NCBI GenBank assembly: GCA_965649225.1
Contig: CBFGJX010000001.1
Coordinates: 128,001-192,000 of the forward strand
Length of the DNA stretch: 64,000 nt
Reading direction: 5' to 3'
Origin: a candidate division WOR-3 bacterium
GTDB lineage: Bacteria; Hydrothermota; Tepidihabitantia; Tepidihabitantales; Tepidihabitantaceae
Shown here: piece by piece, positions 8,090 to 17,264 of the stretch
Numbering within the stretch: the first letter of the stretch is position 1
How the letters are laid out: each line of letters starts with the position of its first letter
Translations under genes and position numbers: made by a program
Notes under the pieces: generated by a model
Seen by the model: only the letters and a program-made list of their open reading frames with translations
Databases searched by the model: none
What the model was told of the DNA's origin: nothing

Positions 8090-9397
8090 ATGCTGCCGCT
8101 GCTACTGCCACTGCTACTGCTGCTGAGCGCGACGCCGACCACGCCAACCACCCTGATGACCCCGCCTTTTGAGCACACTCTTGGTTTCAATCGTATCGGA
8201 CGGTTCTACATCGACCTTTACCTGGGCAAAGGATTCAAGCTGGCTGATCCCCAGGATATCTGCGGCGCCAAAATGATTGAGGAGGACGACCCCCGCACCA
8301 GTCGGGACGACCACATCCTCACCCTTTTTGCCGTCAATTCAGGCACAGGGCAGATAGTCTATAACGTCCGGCTGCTCCAGCCGAAGATTTTCGGTCGCAC
8401 CGGCTCCGGCACTGGCGAGTTCAGTAACCCGCGGGGAATCGCCTGCAACCCCGCCGGCGATGTCTATGTCGCTGACACTGACAACGGCCGGCTGGTCCGA
8501 CTGCGTTACTCGGCCGGAGAGCTTGTCTGGGTCGGCGTAATCGACTCAACCCTGGCCCGTCCGCATGACGTTGCGATCGACTCCCGCGGCCGTGTCTACG
8601 TTGTCGACACCGACAGCAACCGAGTCTTGGTCTACGATTCATCCGGCCATCGGATTGCAGTCTGGTCTTCCGGTTTGGAGCAGCCAACAGCCATCGCTGT
8701 TCTTGACAACCAGGCCGGTCACAACGATTTCGGCTACGACGGCGCGGTGGTAATCGACCGGGGACGCACACGCCTGAGTCGGTTTCAGCTTTCCGGAACC
8801 ATTGACCGGCAGATTGACTGTCGCCGCATCGGGCTGACCGAAGCGGGCTTCGCCTTCTGCGACTTTGACCGTCACGGCAACGTCTACGTTACTGATGAAG
8901 TGAATTCACAGGTCCATATGTTTGACGCCTCGTTACGTTACATCGTCTCCTACGGTCGTCCCGGAACCGGTGAAGGCCGCTTTTTGTCTCCGCGCGGTAT
9001 CACCATCTGGCGGCGATTCGGCCAGGTTTTCCTCGTTGAAGCCGACGGTGGCCAATATTACTGGCTTGGCCTCGACGCCTACCTAATTGGCTTCTTTCCT
9101 CCGGAATTCGATTCGCGGCGACCTGGTACAACCATCGCGCTCTACCTGACAGAACTTGCCGACGTATCGATCACGATTACCGACACCAGCGGAGCGGTGG
9201 TTCGCTCCTTGACCCCGCCCCACCAGCAGCGCCCCGGAGAGGTATTGATTATCTGGGACGGACGCGACAATCTGGGGCAGCTTGTCCCGGTTGGGGAATA
9301 CCACATTACCGTCACTGCACGACCGACATACAGCCGCCCGCGCTACATCCTGAAAAAGGAACTCATCGGCTCTGTCCGTCGCATCACCGACAGTTGA
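8090..9397 (+). CDS. Secreted NHL-repeat beta-propeller protein with a C-terminal FlgD Ig-like domain
   Basis: Leu-rich signal peptide from ATG 8090; F.NPRGIA...VYVADT.N.R repeats; C-terminal IIWDGRDNLGQLVPVGEY. Confidence 0.8.
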   Translation: MLPLLLPLLLLLSATPTTPTTLMTPPFEHTLGFNRIGRFYIDLYLGKGFKLADPQDICGAKMIEEDDPRTSRDDHILTLFAVNSGTGQIVYNVRLLQPKIFGRTGSGTGEFSNPRGIACNPAGDVYVADTDNGRLVRLRYSAGELVWVGVIDSTLARPHDVAIDSRGRVYVVDTDSNRVLVYDSSGHRIAVWSSGLEQPTAIAVLDNQAGHNDFGYDGAVVIDRGRTRLSRFQLSGTIDRQIDCRRIGLTEAGFAFCDFDRHGNVYVTDEVNSQVHMFDASLRYIVSYGRPGTGEGRFLSPRGITIWRRFGQVFLVEADGGQYYWLGLDAYLIGFFPPEFDSRRPGTTIALYLTELADVSITITDTSGAVVRSLTPPHQQRPGEVLIIWDGRDNLGQLVPVGEYHITVTARPTYSRPRYILKKELIGSVRRITDS

Positions 9398-9421
9398 ACA
9401 CTGCCAACACCAAGGTATCAT
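9394..9421 (+). promoter_or_regulatory. Possible sigma70 promoter giving a leaderless mRNA for the PorV-family gene
   Basis: TTGAAC-16 nt-TATCAT; GTG 9428 follows after a 6-nt gap. Confidence 0.4.
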
Positions 9422-9427
9422 ATCCCA

Positions 9428-10411
9428 GTGAACAATCCCAATAACATCCGCTCGCACAGCTGCATTTCTCCTCGTTCCAGGCGTCGGCTGGGCTGGCTGT
9501 TGCTGTTTTGTCTGCTGCCAGCTATGGTTAACGCCCTCGGCACACCTTACGCCGGCGACTTCGAAGAACTCGGCGCATCGGCCCGCTCGATTGGCATGGG
9601 CGGAGCCGTCGTTGCTGTCGCTGCCGACCCAAGTGCAATCTATTACAACCCGGCTCTGACGGCTCGCCTCGGACGCAGAGCAGCGACGTTCCTTCACTCC
9701 CGCGACTTTTCCGGTCTGCTGAGCCACAACTACCTCGCCGTAAGCTTCGCATCTAATAGACGCGCCATCGGGGTGGCAGTCTTACACAACGGTATTCCTG
9801 ACATCAAACTGACCGCCCTGCCCGATTCCAGCCGCCCTCCCGGCCCGGATAATCGGCCATATGTAGTCAGAACTGTCAGCGCCAACCAGTTCGTTGGCTA
9901 TGTCAATCTCGCCCGAATGATCGGAACTGGAATCGCACTTGGCATCAACGGTAAACTCATCTATCAGGACATTGAAGTCGGCCGATGCTTTGGCATGGGA
10001 ATCGATGCGGGCGCGTCGCTGACTCCAATCGCGGACCTCACCATCGGCCTGCGACTGCGCAATGCCAGCACGGCGCCACTGCTATGGGATACCGGCAACA
10101 GCGAAATCATTGTCCCGCGAGCCTGCATCGGGTTGGCCAAAGTATTCCGTCTGGGGCGTGACCGTTTCGTTTTGGCAGCCGAGACCGAAGCCGGCTTCGA
10201 CGGACCATTGCTGTTACCCAGCATTGGCCTGGAGTATGCTTTCCGCAATCTGCTTTTTGCCCGACTTGGAGTCCAGCGGGGCAACTTCTCGTTCGGGCTC
10301 GGGCTCCGATACAAACGGATCTACGCGGACTACGGCTACGCGGCCGGCTCCTTGCCTGGCAGCCGCGAGCTTGGCAGTCCGCAACAGTTCTCCGGCGGAG
10401 TCGAATTCTGA
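9428..10411 (+). CDS. PorV/PorQ-family (FadL-like) outer-membrane beta-barrel
   Basis: GASARSIGMGGAVVAVAADPSAIYYNPA signature; amphipathic strands; terminal Phe. Confidence 0.82.
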   Translation: MNNPNNIRSHSCISPRSRRRLGWLLLFCLLPAMVNALGTPYAGDFEELGASARSIGMGGAVVAVAADPSAIYYNPALTARLGRRAATFLHSRDFSGLLSHNYLAVSFASNRRAIGVAVLHNGIPDIKLTALPDSSRPPGPDNRPYVVRTVSANQFVGYVNLARMIGTGIALGINGKLIYQDIEVGRCFGMGIDAGASLTPIADLTIGLRLRNASTAPLLWDTGNSEIIVPRACIGLAKVFRLGRDRFVLAAETEAGFDGPLLLPSIGLEYAFRNLLFARLGVQRGNFSFGLGLRYKRIYADYGYAAGSLPGSRELGSPQQFSGGVEF

Positions 10412-11010
10412 CGGCTGAAATCGGCCGCAAGCTGGTCCATCTTGCGGCCCTGGCGATTCCTGTTTTCTACTACCTTGTACCACGCAGTATCGTCCTCCCC
10501 CTGATGGCCGCAGTAGCCTTAACCTTCATCGTCATCGACTTGCTGCGTCTGCGACTGAGCCTCTTTCGCAGTATCTTCATCATCCTCTTTGGCTCCCTGC
10601 TGCGCCGACGCGAGTTCACCTCCCTCACCGGGGGCAGTTACCTGATGCTTTCATCACTGGTCTGTATGCTGATTTTTGGTGGCTCCGATGCCGGCCGCGG
10701 TGTCTTCATCGCCGCAGTGTCATTTCTCGTTCTCGGGGATACCGCCGCCGCAATTGTCGGTCTGTCCTTTGGTCGTATTCGGTTCTTTCGCAAGACGCTC
10801 GAGGGCTCGCTTGCCGGACTTGTTGTCTGCCTTATCGCCGCGCTGGTGGTGTCAAATCTCCCCGGTCTTGACTTGCCATTCGGCATTGGTATGTTAGGTG
10901 CTGTCGTTGCCTCGGTCGTCGAGGCGCTGCCAATAGAAGTCAATGATAACGTTGTTGTTCCATTGCTATCCGGCACCGCGATGATGATCGGTCTTCAGGT
11001 GCTGACTTGA
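10408..11010 (+). CDS. CTP-dependent polyprenol/diacylglycerol kinase family membrane protein (dolichol/phytol kinase, cytidylyltransferase-like); probable CTG start
   Basis: RKLVH motif lies in frame upstream of ATG 10504; GDTAAAIVG, KTLEGS and DN..VP motifs. Confidence 0.78.
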   Translation: MTAEIGRKLVHLAALAIPVFYYLVPRSIVLPLMAAVALTFIVIDLLRLRLSLFRSIFIILFGSLLRRREFTSLTGGSYLMLSSLVCMLIFGGSDAGRGVFIAAVSFLVLGDTAAAIVGLSFGRIRFFRKTLEGSLAGLVVCLIAALVVSNLPGLDLPFGIGMLGAVVASVVEALPIEVNDNVVVPLLSGTAMMIGLQVLT

Positions 11011-11092
11011 CACCGAGGCCAAAATACGACGTGCTGACGCGCTCTGTTTTGCGTCGCAAGACGTTGAGCAGAACATACAGAGAGGAGACAGG

Positions 11093-13630
11093 ATGATACG
11101 AAGACTAATTACGCTCTTGTTCTTCGCCGGCGTATCGCTGACGATCGCAGGCACCGGCGCCACTCCCAGACTTGACAGCCTCTATCAGGCGTATGCAACA
11201 GATGACACCGCACTCGCGCGGCACCTCGTGGAGCAGCTGCGCTCTTCTGCCCGTCGACCGGCAGAAGAGCTGGCTGCCGGAATTGAATACGGTGACTGGC
11301 TGCTCGACAAACGACACGATTACACTCGGGCCGAATCAGTCTATTCGGCACTGCTGCAGCGATTCCCAAAGGACCGAACCAGGCCTGCCCTGCTTTATCG
11401 GCTGGCGCTTGCCCAAGAACTGCAGGAGAACTATCTCGATGCAGCCCGCAACTACGAAAAGGTCGCGACCCAGTTCCAGAAATCCGAGTACGCCGACGAT
11501 GCACTTGACGCGATTGAACGTTGCTTCCGCAAGAACTACCAGGAACGAATGGCATATGTTGACGGCCACCCGATAACTCGCATCGAACTGGAAGACCGCA
11601 TCAGCCGCGACCCGACACGCTACGAGAGCTTTGAAAGCAAACGCCAGCTCCTCGACACAATGATTACTGCCCGGCTGATCCGACAGAGTGCGCTTGCCGC
11701 CGGCCTCGATCAACGACCCGCTTTCAGATTCAACCTCAACGAAACTCGCAACCGGGCGATGTTTCAGGCCTGGTACGAAGCGGTTGTCAACTCGAAGGCC
11801 CAACCCAATGAGAAGGAGCTTAAGGCCGCCTACCAGCGCGACCTCAAGACCCGCTACACCACACCGGAAAGGGTGCGCGCCATGCAGATTCGGGTTGCCA
11901 GCCGCGCCGAGGCTGACTCGCTGCGGAATCTGCTTGAGACCAACCCCGCGGTCTCGTGGGATACACTTGCCAAGACCCATTCACTCGCCCCAGACAAATC
12001 ACAGGGCGGTGATCTGGGTTTCTTCGCTCGCGGCGTTCAACCGAAACCGATCGAGGACGCCGCCTTCAGTCTGAAACCCGGCCAGATCAGCAAGCCTTTC
12101 AAACTCGACGACCAGTGGGTGATTGTCAAGGTCGTCGAACGTCAGCCTAAATCCGTCCGCAAGTTCGAGGACGTAAAATCGCAGATTGCCGCCGACATCA
12201 GACAGCAGCGCGTCCAGCACCTGTATGAGTCGAGCATCGAGGAACTCAAGTCTCGCTCTAACATAACAATTGACTCAGCCGCCATTGCCGAAGGTCGTGA
12301 CACGCTGGCCGTGGTCGACAACTTCGTCATTGACCAGGCGCAGCTGTCGGCAAGGCTGGAGGCGATACCACCGTTTTTCCGTGCCCAGTTCGAATCGCCG
12401 GAAGGAAAGCGGCGAATACTCGACCAGATCATCCTCGAGAAGCTCCTCGCTCGCGAATGCGAACGGCTGAAGTTGTGGTTGGAAAACAGAGTAGTAGACC
12501 AGGTCCTGACCCGTCGTGATGCGCTCCTGCGTGACGCCTGGCAACAGGAGTTCGTCAGTGCCCGTGTCAGCATCGATTCCGCCGAAGCACTGGCCGAATA
12601 CCAGTCAACCATCAGCGACTTCAAGGAGCCAGCCAAGGTACACGTCCGTGAAATCGTTGCCCCCACGAAGGCGCGGGCAGAGCAACTGCGACGCTGGGTG
12701 GTCGCTGGCCGGCTTCCTCAGCTAATCCACGGACGGGCAGTATTGTTGACTGACCTGGCCAACAGAGAAATCATTGCTGCCGGCATCGAAACCAACGCCG
12801 ATTCGACCGTCGCGGCCTTGGCGATGGAACCTGCCGCTGCACAACTACCGGGCCGTCCGACCTTGTCGGTTCAGAACAAACCGGTTGCCGATCTGAGTCG
12901 CCGCTCTGATGCAACCGGCCCGTACAAGCAGCCGGGTGCATTCGGATTCGCCTTCGCGGACATCTCAAACGAGGATCCCCTGTTTTTGCCTGAACCGATC
13001 AAAGTCTCCGACTCGACGACGCTTGCGACGCTGGCTGGCGGCAGTTCGATTGACCTTCGGGATTCAGCTCGCTACGGTACGTACTTCCGTACCGAAAAGC
13101 CGCTGCCGGCGGCCGCACTGCGTCAACTGTTTTCACGCAGTGTTGAGGACCCGCCGATCACTATCAACGTTCCAAGTGGCATACTCTTGGCCAAAGTAAC
13201 GAAACGCGACAGCGCCCAAAAGGTCACGTTCGCTGATGTCGCCCGACGGTTCTCGACTGCCGGTACGCGCTGGTCCGGCGGCGACTGGTCCTGGGTTGCT
13301 CGAGACGACAAATCCCGTAACCCTCGACTGCTGGCGGCGGCCTTCAACCAGAGCGAGAAGGCTGTCTCCGCGGTCTTCAAGCTCAGTGATACCACCTGGG
13401 CATTCGTTCTGACCGAGGAGAAACGCCCTGCCCGAACTCGACCATTTGATGAAGTGCGACCGAAAATCGAAAACAAGCTGCGCCGCCAAAAGGAAAAGGA
13501 GCTTACCGACCGGTTGATCGCCGAACTCAGAGCCCAGTCTCGTATCGAAATCTTGATGAAGGAATCGGACTTCATCACCGAACCCCCGGCCGGTGAGACG
13601 GAGAAACCAGCACCCCCACAGCAGAACTGA
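11093..13630 (+). CDS. Periplasmic TPR plus SurA/PrsA-like parvulin chaperone with multiple PPIase domains
   Basis: Signal peptide; BamD-like TPRs; SQGGDLGFF and WSGGDWSWV parvulin motifs; strong GAGGAG SD. Confidence 0.85.
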   Translation: MIRRLITLLFFAGVSLTIAGTGATPRLDSLYQAYATDDTALARHLVEQLRSSARRPAEELAAGIEYGDWLLDKRHDYTRAESVYSALLQRFPKDRTRPALLYRLALAQELQENYLDAARNYEKVATQFQKSEYADDALDAIERCFRKNYQERMAYVDGHPITRIELEDRISRDPTRYESFESKRQLLDTMITARLIRQSALAAGLDQRPAFRFNLNETRNRAMFQAWYEAVVNSKAQPNEKELKAAYQRDLKTRYTTPERVRAMQIRVASRAEADSLRNLLETNPAVSWDTLAKTHSLAPDKSQGGDLGFFARGVQPKPIEDAAFSLKPGQISKPFKLDDQWVIVKVVERQPKSVRKFEDVKSQIAADIRQQRVQHLYESSIEELKSRSNITIDSAAIAEGRDTLAVVDNFVIDQAQLSARLEAIPPFFRAQFESPEGKRRILDQIILEKLLARECERLKLWLENRVVDQVLTRRDALLRDAWQQEFVSARVSIDSAEALAEYQSTISDFKEPAKVHVREIVAPTKARAEQLRRWVVAGRLPQLIHGRAVLLTDLANREIIAAGIETNADSTVAALAMEPAAAQLPGRPTLSVQNKPVADLSRRSDATGPYKQPGAFGFAFADISNEDPLFLPEPIKVSDSTTLATLAGGSSIDLRDSARYGTYFRTEKPLPAAALRQLFSRSVEDPPITINVPSGILLAKVTKRDSAQKVTFADVARRFSTAGTRWSGGDWSWVARDDKSRNPRLLAAAFNQSEKAVSAVFKLSDTTWAFVLTEEKRPARTRPFDEVRPKIENKLRRQKEKELTDRLIAELRAQSRIEILMKESDFITEPPAGETEKPAPPQQN

Positions 13631-13644
13631 CCCGCAGAGAGTCC

Positions 13645-13685
13645 GATGCCGCCCCTGGTATGGTAACAGGGGCGGCATCATTTTT
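13645..13685 (+). terminator. Intrinsic terminator between convergent genes
   Basis: Perfect 13-bp stem GATGCCGCCCCTG/CAGGGGCGGCATC followed by ATTTTT. Confidence 0.8.
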
Positions 13686-13695
13686 CGACGAACAA

Positions 13696-15126
13696 TTACT
13701 CTTTGCGCATGCTGTATTCGAGAACCCTGATACCGATCCTGCCGACCACGCCAAGTACATCTGTCTGCTGGCCGAGCTCGCCCTCTGCCAGCTTCAAATG
13801 AAGCGCACTGGCAGGAAACTCCCCAAAGGTAGCATCTACCGGCACCCAACCGTTCAGGTAAAACTCATTCCAGGCATGGTAATAGAAAGCACCATTCAGA
13901 TGCACAAGCCCGACCGCAATTTTGGCGGGGATACCGGCTGCTCGTGCCAAGGCTGCCAACAGTACCGCGTGTTCGTTGCAGTCCCCTTTCATGTTCTTCA
14001 ACACATCCAGCGCGGTTGGGTAGGATGCTGTCGGTTCCTTGTCCAAAGCAGCGAAGGTCCAGGATACGAGTTTCCGTGCCACTGCAACAGCGTCCCGGTT
14101 GTCGCCGGCAACTTCCTTTGCTTTGGCGCGAATCGCTGGCGCGTCTGATTGGATCGTCAGCGACGGTCGCAGAAAACTTGTCTCAGCAGTTACAGGTAAT
14201 CCCAGCGCTGCATCCGTGACTTTGGGAACTGCGATATCAACTGTCAACGGGTCATGGCTTACGACCTTCTGCGTTTCCCAGTTGAGTTTGACGGCAACAG
14301 TATCCACGCCATCAAGCCGCACCCGCATCCGATGGACGAACACCCCATCCGGTATTACGGTATCAATCCGAACCCGGAACATGCTGAGGATGTCGACGAG
14401 CGCATCCGAAGCCGCCTCACTGGCAATCCGGGCAACCTCAACCCGCTCCGATCGCATCGCCGGCGGTGCTTCCTCAATCAGCGGCAGACCATCTTCGCCG
14501 AACCAGGTGACCATCTCCAGTTTGCCCATCGTCATGCTGGCCTTGTGGGCATTGTATTCCTTGCCATCAACCACAATCTTCTCACGTCCGAGATAACGCA
14601 ACACGACCGGCACAACATCAAGCACCGTTACGTCAAAAACCGGAAGACGATAAACAGAATCACCAGCCTGGCCGCCTCGACTGGTTACCAGCAATCCAAG
14701 TGCCGAAAGTGGATACACTCCCGTGCTCAGGTCAATCACCCGCGTGGCGTCTCCCCCTGCCTGCCCGTGAATTGTCAGTTTACCTCCAGCAACGCTGCCC
14801 CGGACCGAAAAGGACCTGCTGGCGGTGCCAAAACTGAACGAGAAACTGCGCATTGTCAGGTCAGGTGCAGCCAAAACCTCTGAACGCGATTCGACTCGCT
14901 GAGGAGTTCCCCCCATCGTTAACCGCATCAGCACCGAATTCTCGAACCGGTAACCGTCGCTGGTCCGATTGTAGCGATAGACCGAGTGGCCAACCGTGTT
15001 GCCGTCGATTGACGACCTCAACCAGGCTTCGGCAAAATTCGCACCATCAACTGCACGCCGCGTTCCGCAACCCGACCCAACAACCAAAAGGATCAGAATC
15101 AGCTTCACTGGGTAATGCCTTCGCAT
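13696..15126 (-). CDS. Transglutaminase-like cysteine protease domain lipoprotein
   Basis: Lipobox-like VVGSGC; GDCNEHA, YHAWNE and VDAT (Cys-His-Asp triad); start taken at ATG 15126 from the promoter position. Confidence 0.85.
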   Translation of the reverse strand: MRRHYPVKLILILLVVGSGCGTRRAVDGANFAEAWLRSSIDGNTVGHSVYRYNRTSDGYRFENSVLMRLTMGGTPQRVESRSEVLAAPDLTMRSFSFSFGTASRSFSVRGSVAGGKLTIHGQAGGDATRVIDLSTGVYPLSALGLLVTSRGGQAGDSVYRLPVFDVTVLDVVPVVLRYLGREKIVVDGKEYNAHKASMTMGKLEMVTWFGEDGLPLIEEAPPAMRSERVEVARIASEAASDALVDILSMFRVRIDTVIPDGVFVHRMRVRLDGVDTVAVKLNWETQKVVSHDPLTVDIAVPKVTDAALGLPVTAETSFLRPSLTIQSDAPAIRAKAKEVAGDNRDAVAVARKLVSWTFAALDKEPTASYPTALDVLKNMKGDCNEHAVLLAALARAAGIPAKIAVGLVHLNGAFYYHAWNEFYLNGWVPVDATFGEFPASALHLKLAEGELGQQTDVLGVVGRIGIRVLEYSMRKE

Positions 15127-15131
15127 GACCG

Positions 15132-15160
15132 AAGCTAACACGGGCATCACGAGTTGTCAA
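15132..15160 (-). promoter_or_regulatory. sigma70 promoter, probably leaderless transcript of the transglutaminase-like gene
   Basis: TTGACA-17 nt-TAGCTT; ATG follows after a 5-nt gap. Confidence 0.55.
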
Positions 15161-15172
15161 ACATGGTGACCA

Positions 15173-15201
15173 TTGACGTCAGTCGCCTTCATCTTTACAC
15201 T
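15173..15201 (+). promoter_or_regulatory. sigma70 promoter for tRNA-Leu(CAA)
   Basis: TTGACG-17 nt-TACACT, 9 nt before the tRNA. Confidence 0.6.
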
Positions 15202-15210
15202 TCTGTCGAC

Positions 15211-15296
15211 GCCGAAGTGGCGGAACTGGCAGACGCAGCGGACTCAAAATCCGCCGCCCAGCGATGGGCTTGTGGGTTCGATTCCCTCCTTCGGCA
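15211..15296 (+). tRNA. tRNA-Leu(CAA), long variable arm, CCA not encoded
   Basis: GCCGAAG/CTTCGGC acceptor stem; GCGGA-CTCAAAA-TCCGC anticodon arm; GGTTCGATTCC T-arm. Confidence 0.95.
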
Positions 15297-15334
15297 TGAG
15301 CGGCATTACCACCCGACTGCGTGCTTCAGCCAAC

Positions 15335-16468
15335 TCAGTGTCTTACACCAACTCTATGCAAGACAAAACAAGCCAATACCGGTCGGTGGTCAGATACGCT
15401 GTCTGGATACCAGCGAAGTTCATCATCAAGCCTGATCGTCTCAACCCGGCCCGCACCGTATTCGGTCAAAGCATCTCGGGTCACAAGAATGTGATCGATC
15501 AACCCCCCGCCGATATAGGACGCATTGCGACTGTCACCCGCCAAGGGCCGGGTCAGAAAATGGTAACGGAAAGAGTCTGCGATGAAGGACTGAAATGAAT
15601 TCTGTTCGAACTCCCGGTCGACTTCATCATTGAAGTCACCGGCAACGACAAAATCAGGGTCCGCACCGGCCGCGAGACAGCTGTCAATGTAGTTCTTGAT
15701 CAAACGACATGTCGTTCTTCGCATCGCCAAATCTTCATTTGACCTTCCGGATTTCAGATGAACGACAATCAACTCAAAGTCGAACAGCCGCCCTGAAACT
15801 TCAGTCACAACCCGCATACAAAGCGGCGGCCGCACCACTGAATCATTGCCCCACAGTATCTGCCGAACATTGCTGACTGACACCGTGTTGCGTCGATAGA
15901 TCACCCCTGTCTTCTGGTAGGTGCGCCCATAATCGTCCCGCGAATAGTTTCCACCGTAACCGACCAAACCGGCCAAAAGAGAACTGAACGCCGCCGTATC
16001 GGCAATCTCCTGAATGGCAATCAAGTCCAGCTCCAGCGAACTGACTATTGCCTGAACCTTGTCAATCGTCTGGCGACCCGCCTTCGGAAAGTTTTCGATG
16101 TTCCATGTCGCCAAATCGAAAGTCGAGTCGGTGCCCCGGGGACGAACAACCCCGCCGTAGCGACATTCGAAAGAGCGCATTGCTTTGAGCGACCTGACGC
16201 CGAGGCTGTCAACCGCCTGAACGACAAATGTGTGCGCTCCCACCGGCAGATTGCGGTAGACGATTTCTTCGGCGCCGGTGAAAGTTGAGGCGTCAAGCGA
16301 ATCCAGCGCCAAGTAATACCCGAGCAGGTTGCCATCTCGATCAGCACCACGCCAGGCGAAGTATGCCGTATCAACGTTGACAATCCCCTGAGGGCCTGCG
16401 ACGATCAAGACGGTAGGTGGTGAATTGCCGTGCCGGTTTTCACTATCGCAGGCACCGGTAATCAGCAA
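15335..16468 (-). CDS. Endonuclease/exonuclease/phosphatase (DNase I-like) family protein with an N-terminal Ig-like domain, probable lipoprotein; 5' end uncertain
   Basis: TWNIENF, IQEI, VHLKS, GDFND, IDHIL and SDHRPV motifs; the ORF-track start runs through tRNA-Glu and cannot be the real start. Confidence 0.85.
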   Translation of the reverse strand: MLITGACDSENRHGNSPPTVLIVAGPQGIVNVDTAYFAWRGADRDGNLLGYYLALDSLDASTFTGAEEIVYRNLPVGAHTFVVQAVDSLGVRSLKAMRSFECRYGGVVRPRGTDSTFDLATWNIENFPKAGRQTIDKVQAIVSSLELDLIAIQEIADTAAFSSLLAGLVGYGGNYSRDDYGRTYQKTGVIYRRNTVSVSNVRQILWGNDSVVRPPLCMRVVTEVSGRLFDFELIVVHLKSGRSNEDLAMRRTTCRLIKNYIDSCLAAGADPDFVVAGDFNDEVDREFEQNSFQSFIADSFRYHFLTRPLAGDSRNASYIGGGLIDHILVTRDALTEYGAGRVETIRLDDELRWYPDSVSDHRPVLACFVLHRVGVRH

Positions 16469-16500
16469 AAACCCAAGCGCAGATACAACCGCGGCGAGCG

Positions 16501-16531
16501 AAAAAAGACGAGGCGGCCTGCAAGCCGCCTC
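16501..16531 (-). terminator. Intrinsic terminator-like hairpin after rplF and tRNA-Glu
   Basis: GAGGCGGC-TTGCAG-GCCGCCTC followed by GTCTTTTTT. Confidence 0.7.
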
Positions 16532-16532
16532 A

Positions 16533-16607
16533 TAGCCCCATGGGGATTTGAACCCCAGTCTTCTGGCTGAGAACCAGATGTCCTGGGCCAGGCTAGACGA
16601 TGGGGCC
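16533..16607 (-). tRNA. tRNA-Glu(CTC), CCA not encoded
   Basis: GGCCCCA/TGGGGCT acceptor stem; TCTGG-TTCTCAG-CCAGA anticodon arm; GGTTCAAATCC T-arm. Confidence 0.93.
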
Positions 16608-16684
16608 ACGGTTTCCGTGTCACCAACTATCAAACTACTGCACCCCGGCCTTCGCGACGGTGCGGAAGGCCCGGTCGCAAGAAG

Positions 16685-17257
16685 CTAGGCCTGCGCCCCG
16701 GCAGCCCGCTTGCCGGCCTTCTTGCGGACTCGTTCTCCCCGGTAACGAATTCCCTTGCCCTGATAGCTGTCGGGAGGGCGAATCGATCGAATCCTGGCAG
16801 CAAGATCGCCGACAGCCTGGCGATCAACGCCCTTAATGGTAATTACAAACATCTGAACCTTGACGTCGTCAGGGTTGGGCATTTGTGCAACATCAAAGGT
16901 GATTCCGGACGGAGCAGGAATGTCAACGTTGTGCGAAAAGCCGCAGTTGAGTTGAATGCCGTCCTTGGTTTTCTGAACCCTGTAGCCCATTCCGCGAACT
17001 TCAAGCACAATCTCATGCCCATCAGTGACATCAACCAGAGCGTTACGAATATGCGCCCTTGTTGTGCCAATCAACGCCCGATCGGTGGCCGGCGAACTGC
17101 CATTGACAACAATGCTCGACCCCTCAACGGCTACAACGACCCCGGTCGGGATCGGAACCGAAACACTGCCCTGCTTGCCCTTTATCAGGACAGATTCGGC
17201 CTGAGTCCTTGCTTCTACACCCTTGGGTATTACCAGCGGACGATAGTTCTTTGCCAT
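16685..17257 (-). CDS. rplF: 50S ribosomal protein L6
   Basis: GTTRAHIRN, GMGYRV, GFSH and RPPDSYQGKGIRY motifs; position after S8. Confidence 0.95.
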   Translation of the reverse strand: MAKNYRPLVIPKGVEARTQAESVLIKGKQGSVSVPIPTGVVVAVEGSSIVVNGSSPATDRALIGTTRAHIRNALVDVTDGHEIVLEVRGMGYRVQKTKDGIQLNCGFSHNVDIPAPSGITFDVAQMPNPDDVKVQMFVITIKGVDRQAVGDLAARIRSIRPPDSYQGKGIRYRGERVRKKAGKRAAGAQA

Positions 17258-17264
17258 TGAGGCA

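Noticed and set aside
8090..8125. CTG/CTA-rich short tandem repeat
   Set aside because: Imperfect, and simply encodes the Leu-rich signal peptide
16534..16633. N-terminal extension of the nuclease ORF given in the ORF track
   Set aside because: It overlaps tRNA-Glu completely
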